The notes below the pieces were generated by a model. That model worked only from the letters and a program-made list of their open reading frames with translations. It was not told the origin of the DNA and ran no database searches. A DNA stretch of 64,000 nucleotides from Sphingobacteriales bacterium (GTDB taxonomy: Bacteria; Bacteroidota; Bacteroidia; Chitinophagales; CAIOSU01), in NCBI GenBank assembly GCA_027483645.1, contig JAIXUD010000009.1, positions 116,814-180,813 on the forward strand, in the 5' to 3' direction. Positions 63,262-64,000 of this stretch are shown one piece after another. The number at the start of each line of letters is the position of its first letter. Position 1 is the first letter of the stretch. The position numbers were made by a program, and so were the translations under genes.

Positions 63262-64000
63262 TTACCAGCTTTTGCCTTTGCCTTTGGCCTTGAAACCGCC
63301 ACCTAAGTTATCGTCACGCTTGGTTGAGTAGCGGTTGCGATCTGGAGCAGCACCACGGTCGGGGCGGCTGCCACCGGTAGTAGGGCGTGCTGGGCGACCA
63401 CCGGCACGTTCAGGCCTGCCACCATCACGGTCGCGGCTAGGGCGGCCTTCGCCACCAGAGTATCGGTCGTTACGGCCAGCAGGTACGAAGCCAGGGGCTT
63501 GGTTATCCTTCTTAATCATAACGGCAGTATTGTCGAAAGTCACTTGGTCGAAAGCCCTTATTAACTTATCCCCTACTGATGATTCTACCTCAACGATAGA
63601 GAAACCAGGTTGGATGTCGATTTTACCGATGCGCACTTTTACATTCGGTAGGTTCTCGTTAATCAAGCCCATCAAGCGGGCAGGATTAACACGGTTGTTA
63701 TGGCCCAGGTTGATGTGAAAACGGGTGAAGTCACCATCACGGCGGGCACCACCTTCACGTGGGAAACGGTCTTCACGATCGCCACCACGCTCACGCCTGT
63801 CATCACGGCCTTCCACGCGATCACGGAATTTGTTGCGCTCGGTACCACGCTCGGCAGTAGCCAAGTTAATGTCGCGAGACTGCTCGTAATCATCCACAAA
63901 ACGGCCCAATTCCTTGGTCATGATATAGTGGATCAACTGGTCGCGGTCAACACCTGTCAAAGCATCTTCCAACTCGTGGGAGAACTTTTTCAGTTTGTCG
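63262..64000 (-). CDS. DEAD-box RNA helicase, C-terminal part (DbpA-type RNA-binding domain + Arg/Gly/Asp-rich tail); 5' end outside window
   Basis: The ORF is open to the window edge. The DbpA-like block is FHINLGHNNRVNPARLMGLINE...IGKIDIQPGFSIVEV. The low-complexity RGG/RD tail is typical of Bacteroidota DEAD-box helicases. Confidence 0.75.
   Translation of the reverse strand, partial: DKLKKFSHELEDALTGVDRDQLIHYIMTKELGRFVDDYEQSRDINLATAERGTERNKFRDRVEGRDDRRERGGDREDRFPREGGARRDGDFTRFHINLGHNNRVNPARLMGLINENLPNVKVRIGKIDIQPGFSIVEVESSVGDKLIRAFDQVTFDNTAVMIKKDNQAPGFVPAGRNDRYSGGEGRPSRDRDGGRPERAGGRPARPTTGGSRPDRGAAPDRNRYSTKRDDNLGGGFKAKGKGKSW

Noticed and set aside
1-64000. Search for tRNA, rRNA, tmRNA, RNase P, riboswitch, transposase, integrase and prophage signatures
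   Set aside because: I recognised none by eye in any intergenic region or ORF. This is a weak negative and needs tRNAscan, Infernal and HMM scans to confirm.

Overview
This 64-kb segment looks like a Bacteroidota chromosome. Supporting signs are two cargo proteins with T9SS C-terminal sorting domains, a TamB/TamL pair, TAnnTTTG-type -7 boxes close to start codons, and several TTG starts. I support about 50 protein genes. I recognised no rRNA, tRNA, CRISPR array, transposase or integrase.

Main blocks, in order:
1. 1-2803: T9SS repeat protein, then an ECF sigma operon.
2. 3010-7880: ABC/HlyD/TolC export trio whose ATPase motifs are degenerate.
3. 7896-15712: minus-strand operon of cheR, a REC-less cheB, a 1208-aa hybrid kinase and a REC-kinase, with no CheA, CheW or MCP in the window.
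4. 18395-34487: a 15-kb glycan-type operon. It carries a UbiA-like prenyltransferase, GT32, GT8-like, two SGNH proteins, GT4, an AsnB-type amidotransferase, a GnT-I-like GT and a 946-aa TMTC-like GT-C/TPR protein. It is interrupted by an oppositely oriented tandem pair of unusual radical SAM genes and is bracketed by copies of one structured repeat.
5. 34654-42715: small OMP, tamB, tamL.
6. 42719-64000: housekeeping genes (folE, phoH, dnaE, tilS, etfBA, nupC-like, DEAD-box helicase tail).

Intergenic DNA is unusually rich in short-word repeat arrays and hairpin elements.

All functional calls come from reading motifs by eye. No searches were run.
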